Shown: positions 18,727 through 29,164 of the stretch, one piece after another
Layout of the letters: the number at the start of each line of letters is the position of its first letter
Numbering within the stretch: position 1 is the first letter of the stretch
Notes under the pieces: model-generated
Seen by the model: only the letters and a program-made list of their open reading frames with translations
Told to the model about the DNA's origin: nothing
Database searches by the model: none
Translations under genes and position numbers: made by a program
Assembly: GCA_003056145.1 (NCBI GenBank)
Contig: LSNL01000005.1
Coordinates: forward strand, 20,240-84,239
Origin: Parcubacteria group bacterium M10-OD1-1
GTDB taxonomy: Bacteria; Patescibacteriota; Minisyncoccia; Moranbacterales; UBA2206
Reading direction: 5' to 3'
DNA: 64,000 bases

Positions 18727-20160
18727 ATGAATAATCTTTTTCAAAAAATGAATAGAGAAACTATAAGTGCGATTTTTGTAATCGTTTTGGTTTCTTTGTT
18801 TATTTTTGCTAATTTTTTTGTCGGATTTGTTCTTTCTCTATATTTAATAGCAATGACAGTCAGTTTTGGAATTATCTTTTTTCATCCTAGAAGTGGACTC
18901 TATGCAATCGTCTTCTTAACATTTATTTTTGAAAGATTTTTTACCTTATCACCGATAATTTTAGGAAGAAGTGAGATTAAATTTTATCCAATTGACGCAT
19001 TATTTATTGCGATTATTTTTGGAATATTTTTTCAATTTTTGCAAAAAAGGATAAAAATAAGCTTGAAAAAAGTTGATTTCTATTTGATTTGGTTTATAGT
19101 TTTAGTTTTTTTTCAATTCCTGTTGAGTATATTTGTTTCTCAGTCTGATAATACATTAGCATTTAGTGGATTTAAAAATTATGCTCTTTATGCTCTTTTC
19201 TATTTTGCCGTAGTTATCTTAATAGATAATAAAAAATACTTACTGAGATTTCTGAAATTTTTTTTGGCAGGAGCAATTGGAATTTTATTTTTTATCTTTT
19301 ATGGAATTCTTGCTGGTAGGGGTCTTTGGTCTAAATATACACCACTTTCTACTGAGGGTGTGCGTCTTTTGGCTTTTACTCACGGTTTCTATTTGTCTAT
19401 GACTCTAATCGTTTTAATTGCTTATTTTGTCTTTAATCGAAAAAAAATTAATGTTTCCCAATATGTTTTGAGTGGAATCTGGATAGTTGGAGTTTTGGGA
19501 TCTATGATGCGCCATTTATGGGCTGGCTTAGGAGTAGCTATGCTATTTTTATTTTTATTCTCTGATTTGCGCCAAAAAAAATATTTCAAGAAAATAGTTC
19601 TGAGATATATCACGATGTCATTTATTGCACTTATTTTAATTACTTATCTTGCTCTTATTTTACCGCATTCTAAATTAAATAGCGTAACAACAAACGCTAG
19701 CGAGGAGATTTTTAGTCGAGTTGAATCCATTTTTAATTTTTCTCAGGATAAAAGTTTCAGCTGGAGAGATCTCGTTTGGAACGAAGCTCTTTCCAGTTAT
19801 ACTCAATATCCAATTCTAGGGGTTGGTTTGGGAAAGTCTATCCCCGTAGAAAATTCAAGCTATCATGATTTTGTGGAGTTACGAGATATTCATAATTCAC
19901 CGTTAGCTATCTTCGTTCAAATGGGTCCAATTGTATTTTTATTTTTATTAGTCTTTGTTGGGAAAATAATGCGAGAATTGTATATACGGAAGAAAAACTG
20001 GATAGGAGTAGCTTTTTTTAGTCTTGGATCAGCTTATTTAGTTTTCTTTCTTTTTCAGCCTTATTTAGAAACAAACTTGTTAGGAATATTCTTTTGGATA
20101 ATTTTAGCCTTTCAAAGAAATTTAATTTTTCAAAAATATGAAAATATTAGAAATCAATAA
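18727..20160 (+). CDS. O-antigen ligase/Wzy polymerase family membrane protein
   Basis: Many TM helices; SFSWRDLVW, PILGVGLG, DIHNSPL motifs. Confidence 0.85.
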   Translation: MNNLFQKMNRETISAIFVIVLVSLFIFANFFVGFVLSLYLIAMTVSFGIIFFHPRSGLYAIVFLTFIFERFFTLSPIILGRSEIKFYPIDALFIAIIFGIFFQFLQKRIKISLKKVDFYLIWFIVLVFFQFLLSIFVSQSDNTLAFSGFKNYALYALFYFAVVILIDNKKYLLRFLKFFLAGAIGILFFIFYGILAGRGLWSKYTPLSTEGVRLLAFTHGFYLSMTLIVLIAYFVFNRKKINVSQYVLSGIWIVGVLGSMMRHLWAGLGVAMLFLFLFSDLRQKKYFKKIVLRYITMSFIALILITYLALILPHSKLNSVTTNASEEIFSRVESIFNFSQDKSFSWRDLVWNEALSSYTQYPILGVGLGKSIPVENSSYHDFVELRDIHNSPLAIFVQMGPIVFLFLLVFVGKIMRELYIRKKNWIGVAFFSLGSAYLVFFLFQPYLETNLLGIFFWIILAFQRNLIFQKYENIRNQ

Positions 20161-21349
20161 ATTTTATTTTCCTAAAAGGGGAGCGGAGAAGCATTTTTTA
20201 GACTTGATTCAGCTCTTGGGAAAAAGAGGTCACGAAGTGGCGGTTTTCTCTATGCAACATCCTAAAAATTTAAAGACAAGATGGAGCCAATATTTTGTTT
20301 CTGCAGTTGGATATACTAGTGAATATTCTTTTTGGCAAAGAGTCAAAGGAATATTTCGTGGATTTTATTCATTAGAAGCTAAAAGAAAGATTAATCAGAT
20401 TCTGGATAATTTTCAACCAGATATTGTACATATTCACAATATTTATCATCAGTTATCTCCAACTATCCTTTTTGAAATAAAGAAAAGAAATATTCCGATT
20501 ATTATGACAGTGCATGATTTTAAATTAATAAGCCCAAATTATAATCTCTATCATCAAGGAAAATTATATTCTCGAGGAAAAAATAAAAAGTATTACCAAT
20601 GTTTTTTGGATAAATGTTTTAAAAATTCTTATCTTCAAAGTTTCGCAGCAATGCTTGAAATGTATTGGCACGGTGTCATTCTTAGAACCTACGAAAAAAA
20701 TATTGATTTATTTTTAGTTCCAAGTATTTTTGTTAAAAACATTCTGGATGAGTGGGGATTTCCGATGAAAAATGTTCAGGTGTTGCCACATTTTATTTTT
20801 GAGAATAAACCAATTAAGACTAGGGAGATTCGTAGCGAAGAGAATACAAATAAGTTTGCCTTATATGCAGGAGGAATATCCAAAGATAAGGGAGTAGAAA
20901 CTTTATTAGCTATTTTTAGTGATTTGAAAGGATTGAAATTGTATTTGGCTGGTAATATTGAGGATGATATTGATATTTTAAAAAATCAAAATATCCGATA
21001 TTTAGGATTTTTAAACCAAACAATGCTTAGCTCTTATATTGAAAAATCCAATTTAGTAATTTCTGGCTCCCAACTTTCTGAAACCTTTGGATTAATTGCG
21101 CTAGAAGCTATCGCCAAAGGAAAACCTTTTGTTGGTTTTAAGAGTGGAGCGTATAGCGAGATTATTAAGAATAAATCCAATGGATTCCTAGTAGATAACA
21201 AAAAGAAGATGGCAGAAACTGTTAAAAATATTGCAGAAAATAAAATTTTATTTAATCAAGAAAAAATTCAGCAAGAAGCAATTAAGAAATTTGGAAGTAA
21301 AAAATATTTGGAAATTTTTGAAAAGATTTTGGATAGCTTCAAAAAATAA
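20138..21349 (+). CDS. GT4 glycosyltransferase
   Basis: MKILEINKFYFPKRGAEK, PDIVHIHNIYHQLS, ETFGLIALEA. Confidence 0.92.
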   Translation: MKILEINKFYFPKRGAEKHFLDLIQLLGKRGHEVAVFSMQHPKNLKTRWSQYFVSAVGYTSEYSFWQRVKGIFRGFYSLEAKRKINQILDNFQPDIVHIHNIYHQLSPTILFEIKKRNIPIIMTVHDFKLISPNYNLYHQGKLYSRGKNKKYYQCFLDKCFKNSYLQSFAAMLEMYWHGVILRTYEKNIDLFLVPSIFVKNILDEWGFPMKNVQVLPHFIFENKPIKTREIRSEENTNKFALYAGGISKDKGVETLLAIFSDLKGLKLYLAGNIEDDIDILKNQNIRYLGFLNQTMLSSYIEKSNLVISGSQLSETFGLIALEAIAKGKPFVGFKSGAYSEIIKNKSNGFLVDNKKKMAETVKNIAENKILFNQEKIQQEAIKKFGSKKYLEIFEKILDSFKK

Positions 21350-21438
21350 TTTTTTAAATATTTAATTAGAGAGTTTGATTTGACATTTCTTCAGAATAAT
21401 GTTAGATTACTAAGTTAATATATTCATTTAATTGAGGT

Positions 21439-22575
21439 ATGAAAATAGCATTTATTGGACAAAAAGGCATCCCTGCTCAATTTGGCGGAGTTGAAAAACA
21501 CACGGAGGAATTGGCAATACGTTTGGCTAAAAAGGGTCATCAAGTTTTTGTTTATGTACGAAACAATTATACGGACAAAAAGACTATTTATTATCAAGGT
21601 GTTAAATTAATTCATCTTCCTAGTATTCATTCTAAAAACTTAGATGCAATTAGCCATACTTTTTTAGCTACTTTTCATGCCCTTTTTCAGAATTATGATG
21701 TTATTCACTATCACGCTATTGGACCAAGTTCTCTAAGTTTTGTTATAAAAATATTTAAAAGAAAGACTGCTTTAATAGTTACTCATCATTGTCAAGATTA
21801 TTATCATAAAAAGTGGAGCTTTTTAGCTAAAACTTATTTGCGTTTTGGTGAATATGTTGCAATCACTTGGGCTGATAAAATAATTACCGTTTCTAAAGTT
21901 TTAGAAAGCTATATTAAAAATAAATTTCAAAAAAAAGCGGTAGTCATTCCTAATGGAGTAGATGTTTCTATTTCAGATAATAAAAATTATTTAAAAAAAT
22001 GGAACCTACAGAAAAATAGTTACATTTTATTTGTAGGTCGATTAATTAGACATAAAGGAGCACACTATTTAATTAAGGCTTTTAAGGTTTTAGAAGATAA
22101 ACATTTAACGAGAGAAAAAAAATTAGTTATTGTTGGCGATGGTTTTTATACTGATGATTATATCAGGGAACTAAAAGATTTAGCACGAGGGAGAGAAAAT
22201 ATAATTTTTACGGGTAACCAAACAAAAGAGGCTTTGGCTCAATTATTTTCACATTGTTATCTTTTTGTTCATCCGTCTCAAAGCGAAGGTTTGTCGTTAG
22301 CTTTATTAGAAGCTATGGGCTATGGAAAAGCTGTAATTGCAAGTGATATTAAAGAAAATCTAGAAGTTATCAATGATAATACAGGAAAACATTTTCAATC
22401 TGGTAATTCTGAAGATTTAGAAAAAAATATAGTTTATTTAATTAACAATCCTTTAGTAGTTAAACAACTGGGGGAAAAGGCTATGCTAGAAGCTCAAAAA
22501 AGATATAGTTGGGATAATATTGTTAATAAAACAGAAAAATTATATCAAGAAGTTTTAGAAAAAAAAGTAATTTAA
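21439..22575 (+). CDS. GT4 glycosyltransferase
   Basis: MKIAFIGQKGIPAQFGGVE, FVGRL, EGLSLALLEAM. Confidence 0.93.
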   Translation: MKIAFIGQKGIPAQFGGVEKHTEELAIRLAKKGHQVFVYVRNNYTDKKTIYYQGVKLIHLPSIHSKNLDAISHTFLATFHALFQNYDVIHYHAIGPSSLSFVIKIFKRKTALIVTHHCQDYYHKKWSFLAKTYLRFGEYVAITWADKIITVSKVLESYIKNKFQKKAVVIPNGVDVSISDNKNYLKKWNLQKNSYILFVGRLIRHKGAHYLIKAFKVLEDKHLTREKKLVIVGDGFYTDDYIRELKDLARGRENIIFTGNQTKEALAQLFSHCYLFVHPSQSEGLSLALLEAMGYGKAVIASDIKENLEVINDNTGKHFQSGNSEDLEKNIVYLINNPLVVKQLGEKAMLEAQKRYSWDNIVNKTEKLYQEVLEKKVI

Positions 22576-22592
22576 TTCTAAGTAAAAAATCA

Positions 22593-23597
22593 ATGAAGAA
22601 TATAGTTAAATCTAAACTATTTTGGACAATTCTTATTTTAGCAACTGCTATTATTTTTATTGTGCTTATCAATGTGGAAAGAGTTTATAAATCAGAAGCT
22701 GATATTTTGATCATTCCCAGATCCGAAACAACCGTTAGAAACATAAATCAAATTATTGGAAATTTAGAAACTATTTCTTACTCTCTTTCTTTTTATGACA
22801 GAATGATAAGAGATAATAAAGATGTGTTAAATGATAGAGTTGCAGAGTTACCAGCTATCGAAAGAAAAAACTACTGGGATTCTAAAATAGAAATTAATCA
22901 TTTAAAGAACACTGGAATTCTTAGAATAATCGCTTCAGATAAGAGTCCATACCAAGCTTCAGTTTTAAATAATCAAGCTGTTAAGGATTTAGTTGCTGTT
23001 TCTTCTTTATACTATAATATTAAAACTGATATTGATGTTCGCATTATTGATGGACCAATTGGTAAATATACTACTTCTCAGTCATATTTAGTTGTGTTAA
23101 TAGAAAGTTTAGCTGGAGGGATTGTTATTGCAATACTAATTTTTCTTTTGTCAGCTAAATTATTTTGGAAGAAAGAAGATAGGAGAAATTTCAGTTCAAT
23201 AAATTTTCCATCATATGAAAAATCTTTATTTGATTTGAAAGGAGCTACCCATAAAAAAAGTTTACAAAAATTGATAGAGGATAAACCAGAAATATATTCT
23301 AATGAAATATCTCAATCAACTCTTCTAGATACCTCTCTAGCGTCATCTAAGGAAGCTGCTGCTCCTGCCAACTTACCAATTGCGTCTGATAATTTTTTTG
23401 AGAATAATTCAAAGGAAGAAAAAGTGCTTCCCGAAAAAATGGTTATTAATAATAAATTTGCGAAAAATTTGAATACTGAGAAAGCTGAAAATAAAAAAAT
23501 TAAGTCAATAAACAATAACCAAGAATCTATTATTCGCGAGGCTACTCCCGAGGAAGTCAAAGAGAGACTGAATAAATTATTGTCTGGAAAACTTTAA
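22593..23597 (+). CDS. Wzz/CpsC-like membrane protein with long low-complexity cytoplasmic tail
   Basis: Same two-TM layout as 14840-15505 (IDVRIIDGP vs MDVRVLSGL); tail ends EATPEEVKERLNKLLSG. Confidence 0.55.
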   Translation: MKNIVKSKLFWTILILATAIIFIVLINVERVYKSEADILIIPRSETTVRNINQIIGNLETISYSLSFYDRMIRDNKDVLNDRVAELPAIERKNYWDSKIEINHLKNTGILRIIASDKSPYQASVLNNQAVKDLVAVSSLYYNIKTDIDVRIIDGPIGKYTTSQSYLVVLIESLAGGIVIAILIFLLSAKLFWKKEDRRNFSSINFPSYEKSLFDLKGATHKKSLQKLIEDKPEIYSNEISQSTLLDTSLASSKEAAAPANLPIASDNFFENNSKEEKVLPEKMVINNKFAKNLNTEKAENKKIKSINNNQESIIREATPEEVKERLNKLLSGKL

Positions 23598-23620
23598 AAA
23601 ATATAATCTTAAATATAAAA

Positions 23621-24991
23621 ATGGCAAAACAACATTCAAAAAAATTCTGGGTAACTTTTTGGTCAATTTCTGTGATTCTTCTCACTGGGTGGTATTTTTT
23701 TCTACAAATTAAGAATCAAAATATACAGACTATAAATACCGTTATAGATTATTTACCAGTCAATTTAAGCAAGAAAACTGAGCTTAAATCTGTCGCATAT
23801 TTTGCAAAGTATCTATTTAATCATGACAACCAAGAAAAAATATTTTTGATTCTTTTTCAAAATAATATGGAACTTAGGCCAGGTGGAGGATACATTGGAT
23901 CCTTTGGAATTTTAAAAATGAAAAACGGAAAAATAGTTGATTTGCAAACCCATGATCTTTCTAATTTTGATGTTCGGGTTCCTAACGGCATAGAACCACC
24001 GTATCCAATGAAACAAATATTAGGAATTAAATCTTGGAAACTAAGAGATTCTAATTTTTCACCTGATTTTCCAACTAATGCTAAGAAAGCTGAATATTTT
24101 TATTCCTTAGGACAGGGACAAGAAAAATTTGATGGAGTAGTGGCTATTAATACTAATGTACTAAGTTCATTTCTAAATGTAATGGGACCAATTAAAATAG
24201 CTGGCTATCCTGGTATTTATAATAACCAAAATGCTATTTTAAATTTAGAATATCAGGTAGAGAAAGGCTACGCCAAACAAGGTATTAAAAAAGAGGACCG
24301 AAAGTCAATTATGAATATTTTGGCAAGTAAAATTATGAAAAAATCTTTTCAATTAAGCAATTCTAAAAAAATAGAATTAGCAAAAATTATTTTGCAAGAT
24401 TTAAAAGAAAAAGATATTCAATTATATTTTAAAAATTCTCACTTAGAAGAAAAAGCTCAAATAGTTGGTTGGGCAGGAACAGTTAATAAAAAACAACGAG
24501 GAGATTATCTGATGTTGGTAGATGCTAATCTAGGATCGTTTAAAAGTGATTACTACATCAAACGTAGTTTTGATTATACTGTTGATTTGTCAAAAAATAT
24601 TCCAACAGTTGATTTAAAAATAACTTATCAGCATACAGGAAAAGTGAAAGATTGGATGACAAAAAACTATTTAACCTATCTTCGAGTATTTGTTCCAGAT
24701 GGATCCTGGCTTCTAAATGCTCAAACTTTAGGAAAAGTTAAATTTGGGAATGAACTAGGGAGAAAATATTTTGGTTTAATTGTTAAAGTACCTTTAGCTC
24801 AGAAACGAACCGTAGAATTGAAGTATGCCTTACCTAAAAATTTGATTTTAAAAAATTATAATTTGCTTATTCAGAAACAATCTGGCGTAGAAAATATACC
24901 AGGACATTTAACGGTAATCCGTAAAAATGGCACAAGAGAAGAAGAAAATTTTATTCTGACTAGTAATTGGTCTTTTGGAATCAAAAAATAA
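23621..24991 (+). CDS. DUF4012 domain membrane-anchored protein
   Basis: LILFQNNMELRPGGGYIGS, LRDSNFSPDFP, YLRVFVP, IQKQSG. Confidence 0.88.
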   Translation: MAKQHSKKFWVTFWSISVILLTGWYFFLQIKNQNIQTINTVIDYLPVNLSKKTELKSVAYFAKYLFNHDNQEKIFLILFQNNMELRPGGGYIGSFGILKMKNGKIVDLQTHDLSNFDVRVPNGIEPPYPMKQILGIKSWKLRDSNFSPDFPTNAKKAEYFYSLGQGQEKFDGVVAINTNVLSSFLNVMGPIKIAGYPGIYNNQNAILNLEYQVEKGYAKQGIKKEDRKSIMNILASKIMKKSFQLSNSKKIELAKIILQDLKEKDIQLYFKNSHLEEKAQIVGWAGTVNKKQRGDYLMLVDANLGSFKSDYYIKRSFDYTVDLSKNIPTVDLKITYQHTGKVKDWMTKNYLTYLRVFVPDGSWLLNAQTLGKVKFGNELGRKYFGLIVKVPLAQKRTVELKYALPKNLILKNYNLLIQKQSGVENIPGHLTVIRKNGTREEENFILTSNWSFGIKK

Positions 24992-25026
24992 AAAAATTTG
25001 ATTAATGAATTTTAACCTGTTATTTT

Positions 25027-26520
25027 TTATAAGCTGGCAATCCCAAGAAAAGGAATTTTTTCAGGAAACGCAATAGAGGTTAATGTTGCTTGATCATTGT
25101 CTTGAAGATTAGTAAAATAAAGTTTTTCTAGAAATCCATTATAAGTAACTAATGGATTTTTTGAATTACTTTTAATAATATCCATACAATTCTTATGATC
25201 ACGTGGATCTAATTCAATTATTTTGATAGTATTTCCAACACTAAATATTATATGTTCATAATCCTTGAACCATTGAACATTCTTTATTTTTTCTGAGTAA
25301 CGAGTAATATTTTCTAGTTCATTTTCTTGACGAATAGGTTGAACCTTCCAGTCATGAAGAAAATAAACTAAAATTTCATTCTGAGACCAAAAAAGAAGTT
25401 TTTTCCCATCATTAGAAAAACTTACCGAACGGATTTTTTGACCTAGTTTTTTAAAATAAGTTCGATGTTCACCTTGGTTATAGATATAAAGATTTCTATT
25501 TTTAGAGAGTAACACTATTCTAGAATTATCGTAAGCTATTAAATTAGAAATAAAAATATTATTGGAGTCAGGGAAATAATTAGTAATCTGAATAGGTGTT
25601 GATTTTCCATCTAAATTTATTTTAAAAACTAAATTATTGGGTCTTTGTACATAGTAAACTCCAGTTTGAGAAATATCATAGCTAGAAATATTAGAAGCAA
25701 TTTTTGTTAAACTAGCTGGTTTAGTAATATTAACTCGGTATAATTTTTTTCTACTTAAAAAGAAGAGATAATTTTTATTAACTGGATCCCAGCGAATTTT
25801 TTCTAGAGATCTTTTTTTAACAAATTTGTTTAAATTAAAGAAAGTTTTATTAGCTAAATTAGCGATTAGATAAGCATAATGAGGTTTTTCGCTGTATTTA
25901 TTGGAAAAAATGGTTTTTTTCTGTACTGGTAGGGAAATAAATAATTCATTAGGTGACCATTCAATATTTTCTTGTTTAGAATTACTGGCTAATTTCCAGC
26001 CAATAAAATTTAGAGAAGAGACTGTAGTTTGATTCGTAATTTTTAAAATCTTAGTAAGAAATCCCTGATTTGAGTTTTGAGTGTAAGCTAAAAAATTATT
26101 TTTAGGCGAAAAAAAGAATTTACTAATTTTGGGAGTATTATTATTAAATTGCTGATATTTTTTGCGAACTAAGAGTATATTCCAAAATTCAGTAGATAAT
26201 CCACTATGTACATTCACTCTTTTACTCCAAGTATCAAATCCAGGGGCAAAAATTTTAATAGAATATTTTTGTGGTAACAAACCAACAGCGCTGTAAACAT
26301 TATTCAGAATACTAATTCTACTAGAATTAGTAACTTTCCCATTTAAACTAATTTTAACTGCTTGAGGATTAGATTTAAAGGTAATAGCTCCGCTATAAAC
26401 AAAAACACCTCGCTGAGTATCAAAGCGGTAGCCTTTAGCATGTAAAATAATTAAAGGCGCAGTTATTAAAAATAATAAAACTAAAATCCAAAAGAATAAA
26501 GTTCTCTTCCATTTTCTCAT
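25027..26520 (-). CDS. Membrane-anchored PEGA domain plus beta-propeller (TolB/WD40-like) protein
   Basis: TM anchor then GYRFD, SNPQAVKISLNGK PEGA-like segment, FSPKN/WSPN/FSNDGK repeats; start set to ATG 26520 (leaderless promoter). Confidence 0.75.
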   Translation of the reverse strand: MRKWKRTLFFWILVLLFLITAPLIILHAKGYRFDTQRGVFVYSGAITFKSNPQAVKISLNGKVTNSSRISILNNVYSAVGLLPQKYSIKIFAPGFDTWSKRVNVHSGLSTEFWNILLVRKKYQQFNNNTPKISKFFFSPKNNFLAYTQNSNQGFLTKILKITNQTTVSSLNFIGWKLASNSKQENIEWSPNELFISLPVQKKTIFSNKYSEKPHYAYLIANLANKTFFNLNKFVKKRSLEKIRWDPVNKNYLFFLSRKKLYRVNITKPASLTKIASNISSYDISQTGVYYVQRPNNLVFKINLDGKSTPIQITNYFPDSNNIFISNLIAYDNSRIVLLSKNRNLYIYNQGEHRTYFKKLGQKIRSVSFSNDGKKLLFWSQNEILVYFLHDWKVQPIRQENELENITRYSEKIKNVQWFKDYEHIIFSVGNTIKIIELDPRDHKNCMDIIKSNSKNPLVTYNGFLEKLYFTNLQDNDQATLTSIAFPEKIPFLGIASL

Positions 26521-26592
26521 ATTTTTATCATAGTGGTTAAACTTAATTTTGTCCACCTAAAAAAAGCTAAATCAACTAATCTTAGGTAATCA

Positions 26593-26621
26593 TTGACATA
26601 GCTTATAGAATACGATATAGT
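26593..26621 (+). promoter_or_regulatory. sigma70 promoter for rplU
   Basis: TTGACA-17-TATAGT. Confidence 0.7.
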
Positions 26622-26651
26622 ATTTAAGTAATCATTTTAGAAATTTAGCTT

Positions 26652-26960
26652 ATGTTAGCTATTATAAAAACTGGAGGGAAACAATATAAAGTTGCTTCTG
26701 GAGATAAAATTAAAATAGAAAAATTAGATGGGGAAGTAGGGGATAAGATAACTTTCTCAGAGGTTCTTTTTGTAGGAGATGAGAAATCAGTTAAGATTGG
26801 CACTCCTATTATAAAGAGTGTTGTAGTAGAAGGAACGATTTTAGCAACCGCTAAAGATAAAAAAGTAACCGGAATCAAGTTTAAACCGAAAAAAAGATAT
26901 AAAGTTAAGTTTGGACACCGACAAATAATGACAGAAGTAGAAATCACTAAAATAGCTTAA
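26652..26960 (+). CDS. rplU: 50S ribosomal protein L21
   Basis: MLAIIKTGGKQYKV...GHRQ. Confidence 0.98.
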   Translation: MLAIIKTGGKQYKVASGDKIKIEKLDGEVGDKITFSEVLFVGDEKSVKIGTPIIKSVVVEGTILATAKDKKVTGIKFKPKKRYKVKFGHRQIMTEVEITKIA

Positions 26961-26999
26961 CTATTTTACTTTGTAGTTAAAAAATTCAAAAATAGGATA

Positions 27000-27045
27000 A
27001 GGCAAATTAAAAAACATCGATTAAAAGATGTTTTTTAATTTGCCT
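27000..27045. terminator. Bidirectional terminator between rplU and recR
   Basis: 19-bp inverted repeat AGGCAAATTAAAAAACATC / GATGTTTTTTAATTTGCCT. Confidence 0.8.
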
Positions 27046-27086
27046 CTTTGAAATTTATATTTATAACTATACTAATAAAAGAAATA

Positions 27087-27683
27087 TTAAGTAAACTCCT
27101 TTCTATTTGTCAGCGCGCTAGAAAGAGTGATCTCATCAGCATATTCGATATCTCCACCAGTAGAAAGTCCTCTAGCTAATCGAGTAACTTTAACCCCAAG
27201 GGGTCTAATAGTACGTAATATATACAAAGCAGTTGCATCTCCTTCTGTAGTCGGATTAGTAGCTAAAATAACTTCTTTAATTTTCTCGTTAGTAATTCTT
27301 TCCTCTAGCTCGCTAAGTTTTATTTTTCCTTGCTCTGATTTTCTTACTAGTCCAATAGTTCCACCTAAAACATGATAAATACCCTGATATTTTTTAGTTC
27401 GTTCAATAGCAATTACATCCAAAGGGTCTTCTACTACACAAATTCTTTTAAGCTGGCGAGAAGAATCTTGACAAATTTCACATAGATTTTCTTCACTAAT
27501 ATTAAAACATCGTTGACAATAGCGAAGATTAATTTTTAATTCTTTCAGTGTAGTTCCAAAATTTTCTAAAAAGTCTTTATCTTGCTTAAAGAGATAGAGA
27601 ACTAGTCTTTCGGCCATTTTAGGCCCAATCGAAGGAAGGCTGGCAAAATAATCTATTAACTTTTTAAAAGATTTGGGATACAT
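27087..27683 (-). CDS. recR: Recombination protein RecR
   Basis: LPSIGPKMAERL, C4 zinc finger, YHVLGG, EVILATNPTTEGDAT, RLARGL. Confidence 0.97.
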   Translation of the reverse strand: MYPKSFKKLIDYFASLPSIGPKMAERLVLYLFKQDKDFLENFGTTLKELKINLRYCQRCFNISEENLCEICQDSSRQLKRICVVEDPLDVIAIERTKKYQGIYHVLGGTIGLVRKSEQGKIKLSELEERITNEKIKEVILATNPTTEGDATALYILRTIRPLGVKVTRLARGLSTGGDIEYADEITLSSALTNRKEFT

Positions 27684-27704
27684 TAAATTTGATTACTAAA
27701 AAAA

Positions 27705-29081
27705 TTATTCAGTGGCTATTTCATTCTCGGCGTGAGTTTTTTCTAAAGATTTAAAAGTAGTAGAATTTTCATTGAAATATAAAGCTAATTTTCCAATGGG
27801 TCCGTTTCTGTGCTTAGCAATATATACATCTACAATATTTTTATTAGGAGTGTCAGGTTTTTCTCGGTCTTCTCGATAAAGAAGCATAACAATATCAGCA
27901 TCCTGCTCAATAGAGCCAGATTCTCTTAAATCAGATAGTTTTGGAATTTGGGGACTTCTAGATTCCACAGCTCTACTTAACTGAGAAAGAGCAATAATAG
28001 GAACATTTAATTCACGAGCTAATTGTTTTAAGGCTCTAGAAATTTCTGATATTTCGTTAACTCTATTATCTCCACTGCCACGACCTTCCATTAGCTGTAG
28101 ATAGTCAATAATAATAACACCAACATTATGTTCTGATTGTAACCTTCTTGCCATTGTTCTCATTTCCATGACATTAGCTGATCCAGCATCATCAATAAAA
28201 ATTGGAGCCTCACTTAAAACACCCATTGCTTCTCCAATTCTCTCAAAATCATCATCACCATCGCCAGTTTTTAATTGTCCTGTCCTTAATCGCCAAAGAT
28301 CTACATTAGATTGGGCTGCTAACATTCTGTCTATTAATTGATCAGCAGACATTTCTAAAGAAAAAATTCCAACTGGGATTTTTTCTTTAATAGCAATTTG
28401 TCTAGCTAAATCTAAAGCTAAAGTAGTTTTACCAATGGATGGTCTAGCAGCTAAAATGACTAAATCAGACTTTTGAAAACCAGCTAAGATTTTATCTAAA
28501 TCAGCAAATCCAGTAGGAATGCCTCGCAATTTATGGTCTCCTTTATGTAATTCATCTATTCTATTAAAAGCAGCTTCTAAGATAGATTTAATAGGGATAA
28601 AATCTTGTTTAATATATTTTTGAGAAACAGCAAAAAGCTTTTGTTCAGCCAAATCAAGAACCTTTTCTACATCTTCACTTTCATTATAGCCAAGCTCTAA
28701 AATTTCATTAGCAGAAGAAATTAATTTTCTTAAGGTTGATTTTTTCTGTACTAATTTTGCATAATGTACAATATTAGAACTAGAAGGCACGGAATTAACT
28801 AAGGTTGTTAGATAACTAGAACCACCTATTTTATCTAATTGTTTTTTTTCTTCTAATTTATTAGATAAACTTAAAACATCAATTGGTTCACGCTTCTCAT
28901 AAAGCTCAATCATTGCTTTAAATATTAGATTATGAGCTTCTTTGTAGAAATCTCCAATTCTTACAATATTAGCTACTTTAATAATGGCATCTTTATCCAG
29001 CATTAAAGCTCCTAGCATAGAACTCTCTGCTTCTAAATTATGTGGAGGTATTTTTATATTTTTAGTTGAAGTGCTAGACAT
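27705..29081 (-). CDS. dnaB: Replicative DNA helicase
   Basis: PPHNLEAE, AARPSIGKT, IDYLQL, LSDLRESGSIEQDAD, KHRNGP. Confidence 0.98.
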   Translation of the reverse strand: MSSTSTKNIKIPPHNLEAESSMLGALMLDKDAIIKVANIVRIGDFYKEAHNLIFKAMIELYEKREPIDVLSLSNKLEEKKQLDKIGGSSYLTTLVNSVPSSSNIVHYAKLVQKKSTLRKLISSANEILELGYNESEDVEKVLDLAEQKLFAVSQKYIKQDFIPIKSILEAAFNRIDELHKGDHKLRGIPTGFADLDKILAGFQKSDLVILAARPSIGKTTLALDLARQIAIKEKIPVGIFSLEMSADQLIDRMLAAQSNVDLWRLRTGQLKTGDGDDDFERIGEAMGVLSEAPIFIDDAGSANVMEMRTMARRLQSEHNVGVIIIDYLQLMEGRGSGDNRVNEISEISRALKQLARELNVPIIALSQLSRAVESRSPQIPKLSDLRESGSIEQDADIVMLLYREDREKPDTPNKNIVDVYIAKHRNGPIGKLALYFNENSTTFKSLEKTHAENEIATE

Positions 29082-29164
29082 AAAATAATAAATTATTTAT
29101 TGAATATTAATAGGTTATTTCAGTATATCAATATTTTTTTGAAAAATCAACTAGAAACATGGAC

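Noticed and set aside
21430-21445. 16-mer AATTGAGGTATGAAAA also found at 32621-32636
   Set aside because: Half is the common ATGAAAA start, and GAGGT abuts the ATG so it cannot act as an SD; probably coincidence
26645-26947. Antisense and nested short ORFs in the track (e.g. 26645-26947, 5757-6068, 34028-34270, 63508-63750)
   Set aside because: They overlap well-supported genes and show no protein motifs
26948-26968. TAAAATAG-cTTAA-CTATTTTA fold-back around the rplU stop
   Set aside because: Similar geometry to the island hairpins but only 8 AT-rich pairs; could be chance. Kept as a caveat on specificity
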